64,000 nt of DNA from Octopus vulgaris. Lineage: Eukaryota. The first letter of the stretch is position 1. Each line of letters begins with the position of its first letter. The stretch covers positions 55,056,001-55,120,000 of the forward strand of contig OX597826.1 in NCBI GenBank assembly GCA_951406725.2, read 5' to 3'. Made by a program: the position numbers and the translations under genes. Shown here piece after piece: positions 27,656 to 42,440 of this stretch. Under the pieces are notes generated by a model. The model saw nothing but the letters and a program-made list of their open reading frames with translations, did no database searches and was not told where the DNA came from.

Positions 27656-28389
27656 GTGTATGTGCTGAAGTATTTGTATGCGTGTGCCAGATTATGTAAA
27701 ATATGTAGGAGTGAGAGGATGTACAGGAGTGTATATACGTGTGTGAGCGCATGTGTGTATATGTGTCTGTGAGAGTGTGTGAGAGTGTATGTCGGAGTGT
27801 TGAGTAAATGAGTGGATGTATGAGTATTTGTGCGACTATATGAACAAGCGCGAGTAAGTATGTATGTATACATGTGTGTATGTTTGTGTACGTGTATGCG
27901 CATGTGTGTTCATATGTGTATGTGTGTGTGTGTCTGCAGATTAAATTTGTTTTCCAGTGAATATTTTGCGTTTCTATTTCAATGAAATATTCTCTTAGGT
28001 GTGAAGTGAAGGACAGCTATTTCACAATTTCACGTTAGCGGTTGTTCTCTGCTGTATATGTCATAAAATACGTCTGTCATATATCATGCACACGCCGCTG
28101 TTTACGTTGACGAATCGAGAGATTTTTTCTTTCTTTTTGCTTCAACACTTATTTAAGCACAAACACCAATTGACACTGAATAAACACACACACACACACA
28201 CACACATATGCACGCACGCGCGCACACATGTTCATACACGCACACGAATTAATCTGTAAATAAACACACGTATAGAAAGATATACAAGAAAATAAACTTA
28301 GAAATGAATGCACACATATACATCTTGCGCATATACACCTATGTACAAATGAACACGTGCATACACATACATAAAATCAAATATAAGCT

Positions 28390-28434
<45 letters not shown>

Positions 28435-28529
28435 TTATAGTTTGAATTTATAGAAAAACAAAGATGTAAACAGGAGTAGGAATAACAAGCCAGTGTATTA
28501 GTTTTACGCTGGTGAAAAATGGAAAAATC

Positions 28530-28563
28530 TTTTACGTTTCCAGCCTACGCTCTTCGACAGAAA
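28530..28563 (-). ncRNA. Minimal hammerhead motif (core CUGUCGA) in a Penelope-like module ~28432-28585
   Basis: Minus strand: UUU-CUGUCGA-agAGC-guag-GCU-g-GAA-ACGU-A-AAA; the module directly follows (TA)n. Confidence 0.6.
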
Positions 28564-28637
28564 CAAATAAGAGGAAATAAGTAGAGACACACATACATAC
28601 ATGCATACACACACACACGCACACATACACACATATG

Positions 28638-28716
<79 letters not shown>

Positions 28717-29015
28717 TATTATACCTCAAATGGTCCTCTTACATACTGAGCACTAGTTGGTAAAATGAATTAATTGATTTTACCCTTTTATTATTGATAA
28801 TATAATTCTCTCTCCCTGTTTTTCAACTACAGTTCTCTGTAGGAATTTGTTTACTCTATAACTCACGTGGGTAGAAGCGGGATGAATGCAAGGCTTCATT
28901 CGTACTGTTTGAATTCGTTGGTACTGGCAGTCGAAGATGGTTTGTCTGGGTTTACTCATATTAGACGGGTATGTTCGATTTTTAGTGCTCTCAAATCCAA
29001 ATCTAAGAAATCTTT

Positions 29016-29072
29016 GAACTGACGAAGGAAATGTTGAGTTTTAATTCAACTAATCCAGAAACGTACGTTCTC
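29016..29072 (+). ncRNA. Hammerhead motif with canonical core and weak stem I
   Basis: GAA-CUGACGA-aGGA..GUUGAg..aUUCAAC..UCCa-GAA-ACGUACGU-U-CUC; 8-nt palindromic stem III; lies in a ~560-bp block (28712-29275) flanked by (TA)n on both sides. Confidence 0.65.
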
Positions 29073-29271
29073 GAGTAATCTTAATGTACATTTGATCTTT
29101 TGTTATTTTTCCCTCCATACCTACGTGAATTATTTATGAGTATACATTGTCTGGAAGATTTTTTTATAGTAGAAGAAATAGCTAAGATTTTTTGGCTGCT
29201 ATTTCTAAAAGTTCAGTGTGTGGTAAAGTAAATTATTTTACTGAACCCTAATTATATAACGTAATATTATT

Positions 29272-29302
<31 letters not shown>

Positions 29303-29305
29303 CAA

Positions 29306-29412
<107 letters not shown>

Positions 29413-30084
29413 CAGAGAGGGAGGCAGCGAGGTAGAGGAGGGAGAACCGAGAGAGAAGGGGAGAGACAAGGGAGAGGGAGAGAGTGAGAGAGCGGGAGAG
29501 AGAGATATGAAGTAAACATGCTTTGCAGAAACTGCAAGGACTGCTCATGTATACCAAGACTGCTCATGTATACTGCTCAGAAGTATACCAAGCACTTTTT
29601 CGGAATCCATTCCAATTCAGGACCCTCTTCCGTAGTCATTTTTCCCTTAAGAGGTTTTTCACGCTAACTACTTGATAAATTCTTATAAAGATTTTATCCT
29701 ATTTTTCAATTGTAAATTTAACCAGAATATATTCAATGCTGAAATTTATTCCAAATAAACGCATGTACCAAGATGCAATTCAAAAAGCCCGCCTTTTACA
29801 TAGATATATATAAGGGTGAACAAAGCTATGTACTATGCTGGATACAATTTGATGTTCGTCTGGTATGTTGATTTTTGTTCATTTTTATGTATCTTGAATT
29901 ATGCTTGCACTGAAGATTAAAAAGTGCATTTTGTGCAATAATTATGAAATCATATGATATGCAGCTGAATTCTGTTTTTAAAATTTTCGCTTCGAGAGTT
30001 GCATTCCCTCGAATTCGGTACAATGTGTTTATTTATTTTAGTAGTTTTAAATTTATAAGTACCTCCTTGCGTGAGGCATTTATG

Positions 30085-30123
<39 letters not shown>

Positions 30124-30150
30124 ATGTATGTGTGTATGTGTGTGTATGTA

Positions 30151-30202
<52 letters not shown>

Positions 30203-30303
30203 TAATGCAAACAAGAAAACACAGAAAAAAAGAGAAAAAACACAGCAACGCAGGACGTGGAACAATTAAAGTATTATTGACGCTCAGGAAAGAAGGGAGG
30301 AGG

Positions 30304-30338
30304 GTTTAACGTTTCGAACGGAGCTCTTCGTCGGAAAC
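30304..30338 (-). ncRNA. Minimal hammerhead motif (U4C core)
   Basis: Minus strand: GUUU-CCGACGA-a-GAGC-ucc-GUUC-GAA-ACGU-U-AAAC. Confidence 0.7.
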
Positions 30339-30469
30339 AAGGAGAAGGAAAGATCCCAAGAAGGGAAGACAGAGGGAAAATTATTTGAGCTGGTGGTGCT
30401 CAAAAGATCACATGTTGAAAGAACAGAAGTTGAGATATATATATATATATATTTTTTCCTCCGTCTCCT

Positions 30470-30504
30470 GTTTCTGACGAAGAGCTTTGCTCGAAACGTA
30501 AAAC
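30470..30504 (+). ncRNA. Minimal hammerhead motif with canonical core
   Basis: GUUU-CUGACGA-a-GAGC-uuu-GCUC-GAA-ACGU-A-AAAC; palindromic ACGU stem III, GUA triplet. Confidence 0.8.
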
Positions 30505-31106
30505 TATCTTCTTTCCTTTCCTTAGTCTTTGCTAATACTTTGTATGCACCACGCCCTCGCGTTGTTGGCTTTGTTCTGTGTTTGTTTTTCGTTATTTCTG
30601 GATTTCCTATATATATATTCACACACATAATTGCATCCTATGCGGCTACGCAAGAGGAGTTGTTTGGGGCATGTATGTGTCTGTACATGTATATAATTAC
30701 CGCCATGTAACTCATGTAGGCACTGAGAAGTACTTTGACTCTCACGACTCTTCTTTAGGTTTGAAAATGAAGAAAAGTAAATAAGGAAGAGAAACCATAG
30801 TTCTTCTAATAATTCTTTCCAGCATGGAAACAATGCTGGCAATTTTGTGTAGATTGATGGATATTCTATTTTATCGAGCCTGAGAGAATATATGGGCAAA
30901 TTTGACCTCATTGGGAGTTGAACTCTGAAAATAACACTTCGAAACAAACACTCGTAGATATTTTTTCGGTGCCCTAATGGCGAATCTATCCTCTTACCAC
31001 TCTTATCTGTCCTGAAAAAATACTATTCCAACTAATATCTATCTTCTTGACAGATGCTGAGATTCTAAGGAAAGGAGCTATTGAAATCAGCCACCATAGT
31101 CACTAG

Positions 31107-31334
31107 TACCTATTTCTTTATTACCCACAAGGGGCTGAACACAGAGGGGACAAACAAGGACAGACAGACGGATTAAGTCGATTACATCGACCCCAGTGTG
31201 TAACTGGTACTTAATTTATCGACCCCGAAAGGATGAAAAGCAAAGTCGATCTCGGCGCAATTTGAACTCACAACGTAACGGAAGACGAAATACCGCTAAG
31301 CATTTCGCCCGGCGTGCTAACGCTTCTGCCAGCT
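31107..31334 (-). mobile_element. SINE family A monomer with the type-2 tail
   Basis: Tail ACCTATTTCTTTATTACCCACAAGGGGCTGAACACAGA..GGATTAAGTCGA is the same as the internal tails of the 14869-15443 trimer. Confidence 0.85.
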
Positions 31335-32350
31335 CTAGTACCATCAACCGAAGCAGACTCAATACGTTGATGTGACCTGTTACAAACAACAGCCAAATCC
31401 CGCTCAAATCAAGACATCTTACAAAACAACACGTTAGAGAACGTGGCTCTTTGAACCAGCACAGAGCAAAGGATAGGATGCCCACGGTTACAATGCTTTT
31501 GGTCCTGGGTCTGAGTACTCCTTGATTGATCTGGGTCTAAGCAAACGGTAAAAGAGAATGATGGTTGCGGTAGCTTGTAATAGTACTACTTGTTTTGTTG
31601 TCTGGTAAGGCTGACAGAAACTCTTCCAGTCATAGTAGTAAGAAAGATATGATAAGCATGGCGGTGAAGGGTAGTAGGTTACATAAAATAGTCTTTCGTT
31701 AAAGAATATGGTAGACGTAGTAATGATAGACACGATAGATAGGGGTAGTTTCAATGAAGATGGTGCTACGCATGGCTACTAAGTCGATGGCGGTGGTGAA
31801 GCTATTGTAGAACTGTGGGGTAGAAGATAAAGAATGTTGTCGTAGTCATAGTGATAACAGAGATAATATTCTGTGTTGGTAATCGCGGAAGATTTGTCGA
31901 TGGAGATTGTTATAGCTTCAGCATATTTGATTATCCAAAGCGGACTTGATAGATATATAATCTATCTTTGTCCACGGTTGAATGTGTCGGAATTTGCACT
32001 CCCTGTATATTTATGGTGACAACTTTTGTTTTTGGATACATAAACACCCACAGACACAAACATACGCACATACATACATATATATATACATACCTACTCA
32101 CGCAAAAATATGCTACTATGCAAGTACGCACAAAGGTGTCTGTGGTTTTGTCAGTGTTGTGTGTGTGTGTTGTGTGTTTCTATCGTCTACGGATAGTTTT
32201 TGATTAACAAAGTTCTTTATCATGTGTTCAGCTGAGTGTACAGTTGAAATAAATTAATATTCGGTTTAAATACTACTTTAAACTGATAGGAACACTTTGT
32301 TGTTCTGTATGTAAATACGTCTATAATATAATATCTGAATATAAATACAT

Positions 32351-32519
<169 letters not shown>

Positions 32520-32887
32520 CTATATTTGTACATGTATATGTATGTATATGCATGGATAGACAGAGACATACACACACATTCATTCGTATACTCACCCATT
32601 AATCTCCCCCCACATATATATATTGTCTGTTCTTCTGTGTACAGATGTGTGTAAATCACCTTCGTTGATTGTTTTCATGAATTTGTCCTCAATATGGTGA
32701 TATGGCATTGTGGTTTACAGTGTAGTCACGTATACAGACATACAGACATACATACAAAGATATATGCATATATACTCACACACACATACAAGTGTGCACA
32801 TGTACGACATATATGTATATATACATATATATTTTATATGATATATGATATACACACACACATATATATATGTATCATATATCATAT

Positions 32888-32936
<49 letters not shown>

Positions 32937-33019
32937 ACATATATATATATACACACACATATATATATATATATACTATATATATATTTATATATATATA
33001 TATACATATATATATATTA

Positions 33020-33067
<48 letters not shown>

Positions 33068-33828
33068 TTATATATATATATATATATATACATGTATACA
33101 TACTTATTTATATATACATGTATGTATACATATATATGAATTCATAAATTCCAGCCAACATATTGCCCCACCTCCAAATAAACACACTTTCCCCATCTTT
33201 CTCGGCAACACCCAACCGCCACATTTTGAGATCAACCTCGTATTTTAAGTCACTAGCACATCAAGAAGTCTGTTATTCAACTGTAACATCGATTACAAAG
33301 ATGGCAGCCGCGATGGCAACGATTATTCGTAGGTGGTGTGGGTAGCGGTGGGTGTGTGGTGGTTGATGTGGAGGTGGAGTCGGCTGGAGATCTGTTCAGA
33401 CAGCGATATTTAGGGTCAGATCAGAAGAACAGTCTACGGAACGGTGGAATGGCCTGTAAATGTGATTATGTATGCATGAGCAATTGACTTCGGTCCACAT
33501 GCAAAAATGTCATTTAAATGGATGGAATTTCAATAGATCCATTCAAATGTTAGACACTACAAAGGGAGCAACCAGACCTACATATACATTCATACACACA
33601 CAAACATACACACAAACAAAGGCATATATGCACACAGACCTTATATACGCCGACACTAATACTTCATATCTATTCATATACAAGCATACACACAAGAACA
33701 CAAGTATGTATATACATACATATATTTATATATATATATATGTATGAATGTGTGTATATATATATATATATATACATATATAGAGATAATACGTATATAT
33801 ATACATATATATACACATATATAAATAC

Positions 33829-33861
<33 letters not shown>

Positions 33862-34649
33862 CACGCATACAAGTTCAGCCATCCGATCATATACATATAT
33901 AGGTCCATAAATGGAGATATATAAATATACATACGCGTATATATGTGCATACACGTTTATATATGTGTGTATATATGAATACATATGTGTGTGTGTGTCT
34001 GTGTGTAAGCATATGAGTATATATAGACTGTTATAAAATTATATACATTCAATTTGATATTAAATACAGGCATGATATCGACATACATGTCCACGAATAT
34101 CTACATATATTCATACAAACATACATACAAACACATGCAGACATACACACAAACAAGCAGAGACACATACAAATGCGTGCGCACACACACGGCCACACAC
34201 ACACATTCACATACATTGTTAATGTCTTCTGTACACACAATCATACACATACAATGCACAGACACAAATACGAACACATACAGCCCAACACAGTTCGCCT
34301 TCACACATAGACGCAAACAAACGCGCTCGCATATATCTATATACGCATATATCTAGATACCCATATGTCATGAGCAAGAAAGAAAGAAAGAAAGAAATAG
34401 GAGATGTAACACGTGTGAGAAAAAGCGAGTGGAAGAGAGAAAGGGATAAAGCGAGAGAGAGTAAGAGGGAGAAAGTGAGAGAGAGAGGAGGCTGGCCAAC
34501 AAGAGAACCGATAATATGGTGAACTCTAGTTCGGCTAATACGCTCGGCCATTACTTTCTGTTTTGCATTAACATCACCAAACAAACGGAATGATGCCCTT
34601 TTGCGACTGATTTATACATATATGTTTATGTATATATATATATATATAT

Positions 34650-34650
<1 letters not shown>

Positions 34651-34736
<86 letters not shown>

Positions 34737-34737
34737 T

Positions 34738-34784
<47 letters not shown>
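34651..34784. repeat. (GATA)n microsatellite
   Basis: Direct. Confidence 0.95.
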
Positions 34785-34785
<1 letters not shown>

Positions 34786-34792
34786 ATTTATG

Positions 34793-35117
34793 AAAATTAA
34801 CAGAATGAGATAAAAATCCAATGCTGTGAAAGATTTCAGAATATTTATAAAGAGGTCTTACAGCTGTTTCCGGGATATTTTATATATCCCTTCATCGGAG
34901 ACGGTGTGAGAATATAGTTAAGCAATAGTTATTCTAGATAAGATATGAAATAGAGAGTGAAGTAGAGGAATGAAAATAGATGTGAGATGTGCAGGGATAT
35001 TGTTTCTGTAGTTCCAGGTTTATATACAAAAATATCCCGGAAACAGCTGTAAGATGTATTTATAAATGTTCTAAAGTCCTTTACAGCCCTGGATTTTTAT
35101 CTGATTCTGTTAATTTT
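34793..35117. mobile_element. Inverted-repeat Penelope-like terminal module
   Basis: Arms ~34793-34881 and ~35028-35117 are diverged reverse complements (AATTAACAGAAT.AGATAAAAATCCA...CTTACAGCTGTTTCCGGGATATTTT). Confidence 0.75.
34855..34902 (-). ncRNA. Hammerhead motif (U4C core) with all three stems intact
   Basis: Minus strand: GUCU-CCGAUGA-a-GGGAUAU-auaaa-AUAUCCC-g-GAA-ACAGCUGU-A-AGAC. Confidence 0.8.
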
Positions 35118-35334
35118 TTTATATATACACATGCTGATATATGACCTAAGTCGGACTCCTCATTCGCATAGTCACCGAGCCTGGAGCTTAACTATAATCT
35201 GTCCATAGGACTTATTCAGCATTACCTGACAACTTTGGGTCTTATTGACACCATTACCTCTCATAACCGCTATATATATAAATGTGTGTGTGTGTGTGTG
35301 TGTGCATGTGTATGTGTGTGTGTTTGTGAGTGTA

Positions 35335-35485
35335 TGTTGTAAGAACCTTTCTTCCTAGCCACATGGTTCTGGGTTCAGTCCTACTGCGTGGCATGTGGCG
35401 CAATTGTCTTCTACTATGGCCTCGAGCCCACCAAAGCCTTCTGAGTTGATTTTGCTGACGGAAACTGAAAGATGCCTGTCGCATA
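35335..35485 (+). mobile_element. SINE family B 5' half
   Basis: CCACATGGTTCTGGGTTCAGTCCTACTGCGTGGCA..TGTCTTCTACTAT..GGAAACTGAAAGA. Confidence 0.75.
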
Positions 35486-35698
35486 TTTATATGTATATGT
35501 ATATATGTATGTGTCTTTCTGTCTAGTGATGTATGGAGATTTTCTGCTCCGTCTGTATTGTAAGATCACGTGACTGTTGTGCGAAATGGCTACGTCAAAG
35601 GTGTGTCCGAATTTAAGGGTGTTTTAGCCCTTTATTTGTCTTCAGTAACTGTGTGAGCAGATTTTATCATATTTATCAAAGATGAGTGACATTTTTAG

Positions 35699-36033
35699 AT
35701 TTAAAATGTGACCGATCCAGTGCCATTTCCTGATGGCATTTTGGTTCGTCCTAGCCCACAAACTTCTGCCTAAAATTTTAACCAGCCACCAGATCTTGAG
35801 GATGTAGGACAGACTGTTATTGATGAAGGTCTGTAACTTACTTCATATAGCTTTGATGACCCTCCAAATTTCTGAACTGTAAAGCAGAACGGCCTTGACG
35901 TTGGAATTCAAAGCGAGGAATATAATTCTGGGGGAGATGGCTTTGGAGTTCCAGACTGATCGAAGACTGTTGAAAGCATATCAAGACTGGCCGATCCTGG
36001 ATCTCACATTCTCTTTTCTTCCACTTCTGTTTT
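35699..36033 (-). mobile_element. RTE-clade LINE, decayed post-RT ORF segment (inverted part)
   Basis: Minus frame: NVRSRIGQS*YAFNSLRSVWNSKAISPRIIFLALNSNVKAVLLYSSEIWRVIKAI*SKLQTFINNSLSYILKIWW..LWARTNQ..KWHWIGHIL, matching RTE motifs RIGKA..F, VLLYG.ETW, LR.IL.I.W and W.WIGH. Confidence 0.88.
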
Positions 36034-36240
36034 AGACGATGCAAGGCAAGTCTTAGACTGGCCACCTGATGGAAAAAGGAGAATTGGATAGCCTAAAAAA
36101 GAGCTGGAAAGTATGAGTGGAGGATGAAGCGAAAGTAATCGATCTCTCTTGATTTGAAATAAAGGAGGTAACCCAAGATCGCCTCCATTAGCATGAAATG
36201 GTCGCGTCCTTCTGCTCTTTACAGTGTATGGTGAACTTAT
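36034..36240 (+). mobile_element. RTE-clade LINE C-terminus (sense part)
   Basis: ARQVLDWPPDGKRRIG*PKK, frameshift, SWKV*VEDEAKVIDLS*FEIKEVTQDRLH*HEMVASFCS; matches the RTE terminal W.P.GKR..GRP...AQDR..W...V..LC motif. Confidence 0.82.
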
Positions 36241-37029
36241 TAACATACACAGATTTAGTGAATGCTTCATTAATTTTTTTTTACTAAAATTTGGTCAAAA
36301 GAGTTAACAGAACCTTACACAAAATTTAGATTGCGCAACCGATATGTATAACTGGATGCAAAATTTGCTGAGAAACCTCAAATGAATACGAAATAATAAT
36401 TTTTACCTAAATGTTCACAACAGCCATTTAAATAATTTGTATTTCCAGAGCAAATGTAATTAGACAAAGAGCGGGTGACAGAGATAGAATATATCAGAAA
36501 TATGTGAATATTGAATGAATGCGCGGTGAATGGTTTCATCGCTTTCCTCAAATCTCGAGTAAAGCATAAGTCACTACTTCCTTAGCTGTCGATATTAACC
36601 CATATCAGCCTCCGGAGCATTGACAGACTAATTATTTCTGGAATTTATTATGTCCTTCAGGATAAATCAGTTGCCAGCGTCTTTTCGAACCCGTCATTGC
36701 TTATTCTATCAACTAAACATCTAAACATCTAAAGATCACATTTTCTGGCTGGCTGAGGAGTGTGAGCACCAGTTGAACTTTCCAGGTCCCGAACTGCAGC
36801 ATTAATGATTTACCTGATTTTCTAAACGTACCTGTTACCTATCACATCGATTTTTCATTGTTGAACTACCGAAAAATTTAGTCTATAATGTGTCGGATCT
36901 TTTTTTTTGTGATACACTTCCGTTTGGCAAATCCTGTGTGTGTATGAATGTATGTGAATGTGTGTTTGCATGTATGTGAATGTGAAAATGTAAGTATGTA
37001 AATGAGTTTATGTGAGTATATGTGTATGC

Positions 37030-37078
<49 letters not shown>

Positions 37079-37700
37079 TTTGTGTGAAAGTTATTGTTTT
37101 TGTCGTAAAATGTAACATTGTGCACATCACGTTTAATATCAGCATTAACTACAACAACAGCGATGTAGATTTGGTTACTTTGAATAATTTCGGTGCAGTA
37201 GACAATTAAAATACTGTTATGCACCGAAGGTACTCAGACCTCCTCCGTTTTACAGCTTTCTTACACTAATAAGTTAAACAACTGACAAACAGTGCTGTTG
37301 CTTTTGCTGCTGTTGCTTTTGCTGCTGTTGCTGTTGCTGCTGCCATTGTTTTGTTTTTGTTGTTATTGTGGAAGTGTCTTTTTGTAAGTTTCCATATTCA
37401 AACAGTTTTCCATTTCCTTACTTCCCTGTTGTGTCCCATGTGGAGTTTATATGATTATGTGTGTGAGTCAGGAAGTTTATTTTTGCTTTTCGTTTACAAC
37501 ATGCTTATAATAATCTTTTAAAATATTTTCACTGTATTTTTTTTGTTATAGGTATTGTTTCTTGCCCTCAATGTACACACACACACACATACACACAAAT
37601 ATACACACACACAAACACACACAAATATACACACACACAAACACACACAGCCACACATATATATAAATACATGCATATATATGCGTACATGTGTGTGCAT

Positions 37701-38073
<373 letters not shown>

Positions 38074-38142
38074 TACTCACACGCATTCATGTGATTGTTT
38101 ATAGAAATATGCAAAAACATAATCTTCTTCTTCATGTAAAGA

Positions 38143-38450
38143 CGCATGCTCCATTGGTTTGAGCGTCGGGCTCACAATCATGAGGTAGTGAGTTCGATTC
38201 CCAGACCAGGTCCTGTGTTGTGTTCATGAGCAGGATACTATAGTTTTCGTTGCTCCAGTTCACTCAGCTGTAGAGGAAAGTTGCAACGTCACAGGTGCCA
38301 AGCTGTATCGGTCTTTGCCTTTCCCTTGAATAACATCGGTGGCATGGAGAGAGGAGGCAGGTATTCATGGGTAACTGCTGGTCTTACATAAATAACCTTA
38401 CCCGGACATGTTCCTCGAGGGAGAACTTTCTAGGCGCAATTCCATGATCA
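38143..38450 (+). mobile_element. tRNA-derived SINE family D (CORE-like)
   Basis: A-box-like TTGGTTTGAGCG, B box GAGTTCGATTCCC, GTGTTCATGAGCAGGA, GCTCCAGTTCACTCAGCTGT. A related decayed copy lies at ~40055-40255. Confidence 0.65.
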
Positions 38451-40890
38451 CAGATGTTACATTTTTTCGGTCATTCCTGACTGAAGTGGGATGTCTTTTA
38501 TCCTTCTTCATAATTCACATGGAGCTCTAATTGTCATATTTTAGGTATTCAGCTATTCTTTTCAGTAATAAACGCCATAGAATTCTATAATACATATATA
38601 TATAAACGTTTATCGTTACACTTGTTTTGTCACACACTTCGATACATGTTATATGTCTATGCTGCTATGTTGAGGACAAATACGGCCAAGAGGGCTTTAC
38701 ACCTACCTCTTGTTGGGCACTATTTTCTGAACAGAGCCGTACATTCGTTGCTTATCGAGTCCCTTGTCTCAGCTCGTTCAGATATGCTGTGCAAAGATTT
38801 TATGATTCGTCTAACTTGTCGTTAACGTCAAGTTATGAAGCCCTGGAAATTTTTGTTGTCGCAGACTGATAGATCAAATCATGCTTTCTTTGGATTTCAC
38901 ATAATCTTAACTTTTATAGATGACATATATGAATACATTATATGAATAAATGCAGATGTACGTATGCATGTGTAAGTATATATTACATACAAGCAGGTAT
39001 ATGTACATACATATGTATATGTATATATATGTATATATATGTATATATATATATATATATACATACACACACACACACACACATACATACACAGACATAC
39101 ACGAACACGCACACGCACACACACATATATATAATACACACATATGCGTGTCTATAAGTGCGTACAAATGTATTCAACACGTTCGTGTGGAGATTTTCGG
39201 AGGAGAAAATTCTTGTTATAGACAATATGTGTGAAATCATACCACTCTGGGCTCTTCTAAGTGACATTATCGAATCGTAGGCCACATGCGTTTCCTCGGT
39301 CTTATGTTTCATTACCTGCGGTCTAAGAACGACCACCCTTCTTGTATTTAAACAGTTAAAATGTACATTTCCTGATATGAACGAAGAATAGGAAAAGGAA
39401 TTAATTAAACAGAGACGTACGAAGAAGCGTTAATTGAAATACAGGTGTATATAATAATATTTCACACGACAAAAATACTATGATCAGCTGCACTATCTTT
39501 TATCCTGAGTTTTTCATAATCGGACCAGGCTTAGGGTTAAATAAAACATAAGAACAAGAAATTTGAAATATATATAAGTATTCTGTCAGTCTGCTGAAAA
39601 ATGGCTAAAATTTGCCCTGTTTAAAATTATACCATATTTTACATATTTATTATATCATGCCTTGTTATTGTGTGGAGTAAGATCCCCGTTCATAGGCTGT
39701 TAGTATCTATAGAGTGTTAAACACTTTTGGCATGCAAATTATGGACTCCTTCATAGAGAAACTGCTGCATTTATTGAGTATATAAACAGTTTGGCTGCTA
39801 GATTCCTTGGAGACTGTTAGAATGATGTGGACGCCTCTGTGGAGAACCCAATAAGGTTCGTAAATGGATTAAGATTCTTCGTCAATCTGCGGATAAATTA
39901 TTATAATTATAATTATGTTACTTACTATATATATTTACATACATACATAGTTCTGGGTTCAGTCCCATTGCGTTTCCTCTTGTAAAACTGTCTTCTACTA
40001 TAGCCTCGGGCCGACCAGAGCCTTGTGAATGGATTTTGTAGACGGAATCTGACACGTAAGATTGTGGTTTCAATTCCTGAATCAGGCTACAGGCTGCTAT
40101 CTTGTGGGCAAAGCACCTCATTTCACGTCGCTCAAGTCCACTCAGCTGCCACAAATTAGGAATCGTGATATCAACCGGCGTCCCATACTGGTTTGGAATA
40201 TATACGCCAGGGAAACCTGGAAACCGGGCCAATGAGCCTGTAAGACTCAGGAAGAAACTTTTTACTACTACGACTATCTAGTAAAATGATTATTTCTGCT
40301 GCATGACAGCATATGGTAGCCGATACCCGCGGAGGAGCATTGTAAAGCACGTTGTAAGGCTAATACCCAGATGATATTAAATTACATATATACATGCATA
40401 CATACATATATGTATATATATATTTATATTCCATATTGATTTTTATGTGTGTATATTGTTATATCATATAGCCATGTTTTATTTGTGGTTACGTGTATAC
40501 ACCAACGTATATTCTCCTTTCAAATATAAAGATGGATGTCAATAAAACTGAAGAACTATGTACATTTGTGGATTTACACTAAAATTCATTGGCGATAGAT
40601 AACTATATATCTTTTATGATTGAAAGGAATAGATGAATAAACTAAAAATATGATGTACAAAGAAGACAGGATCTAGATGTGAATTATGAATATAGTTACG
40701 CTTTTATATAGTTGTATAAACACACACACACATATACACACTCATACACTCACACACACACAAATCCATATGAATATGTATGTGTTTTATGTTTCTAGTT
40801 ACGTTAATGTCTAGCAGAGTATGAATAGCTATATAACTGTCTGTTGGTCTGTCTGTTTGTCAGCAGTCCTTTATACTCTCTCTGTCTCCG

Positions 40891-41255
<365 letters not shown>

Positions 41256-41930
41256 CCTACTCATATAGCTCCCTTTGTTCCTCTTTCGCTCTGTACACAT
41301 ATATCCAAGCGTGTGTATACATATAAATTGTAGTGCGGGTTTAAGTGTGCACGTGTGGATGTGTGCATATGTGTTTAAACGTATATATATATATCTATAT
41401 ACATATATATATAGATATAGATATACGTACATATATATGTATATTCATTCATATAGACCCATACAGTCACTAACACACACACATTTACATATATACACGC
41501 ACACAAACACAACACCAGCGCGCTCACACTTTCATGTATGTTATACCTCAACAATAAATATATAAACATATGTTACAAAACAATAATTTGTGTGCATCAG
41601 CATACGAGCGTTATACTATGTGTATATTCATATTTCTGCTTACGACTGTACACTTGAAACTGAAAGTGAAAGTGTTCTGGGTTATGGAATGCAGTAGATG
41701 CACATTATTATGCATGACCACATCGGTTGGGGACTGTGTGATGATGCACTGAATGAATATATCCTGGAAACACAATGGTATAAAATATACTGAGGTGACC
41801 GGGGCGGGGCGGGGAGGGGACAGGAGTAGGTGGGGAGGGGGGAGGAAATCGGGTTGTTGTGCGAGGAAGGGGAGAGAAGCTTCGGAATTGGATGGGATGA
41901 TAGAATATTTGTTAGATTGCAAAAGGACGA

Positions 41931-42218
<288 letters not shown>

Positions 42219-42408
42219 CAAATAAATAGATTGATTGATAGATAGATAGATAAATAGATAGAAAGGGAAGTAGTGTAAAACAGAGTGAGTGAGAGTGCGA
42301 GAGAGCGAGAGTGTGTGAGAGAGAAAGAGTATATAAAAAATCGTTTGAGAATGAGAGACTGGTCATGTGACAAGGGAAGCTATCTGCGTGTTTGTTTGTT
42401 TGTTTGTG

Positions 42409-42440
<32 letters not shown>

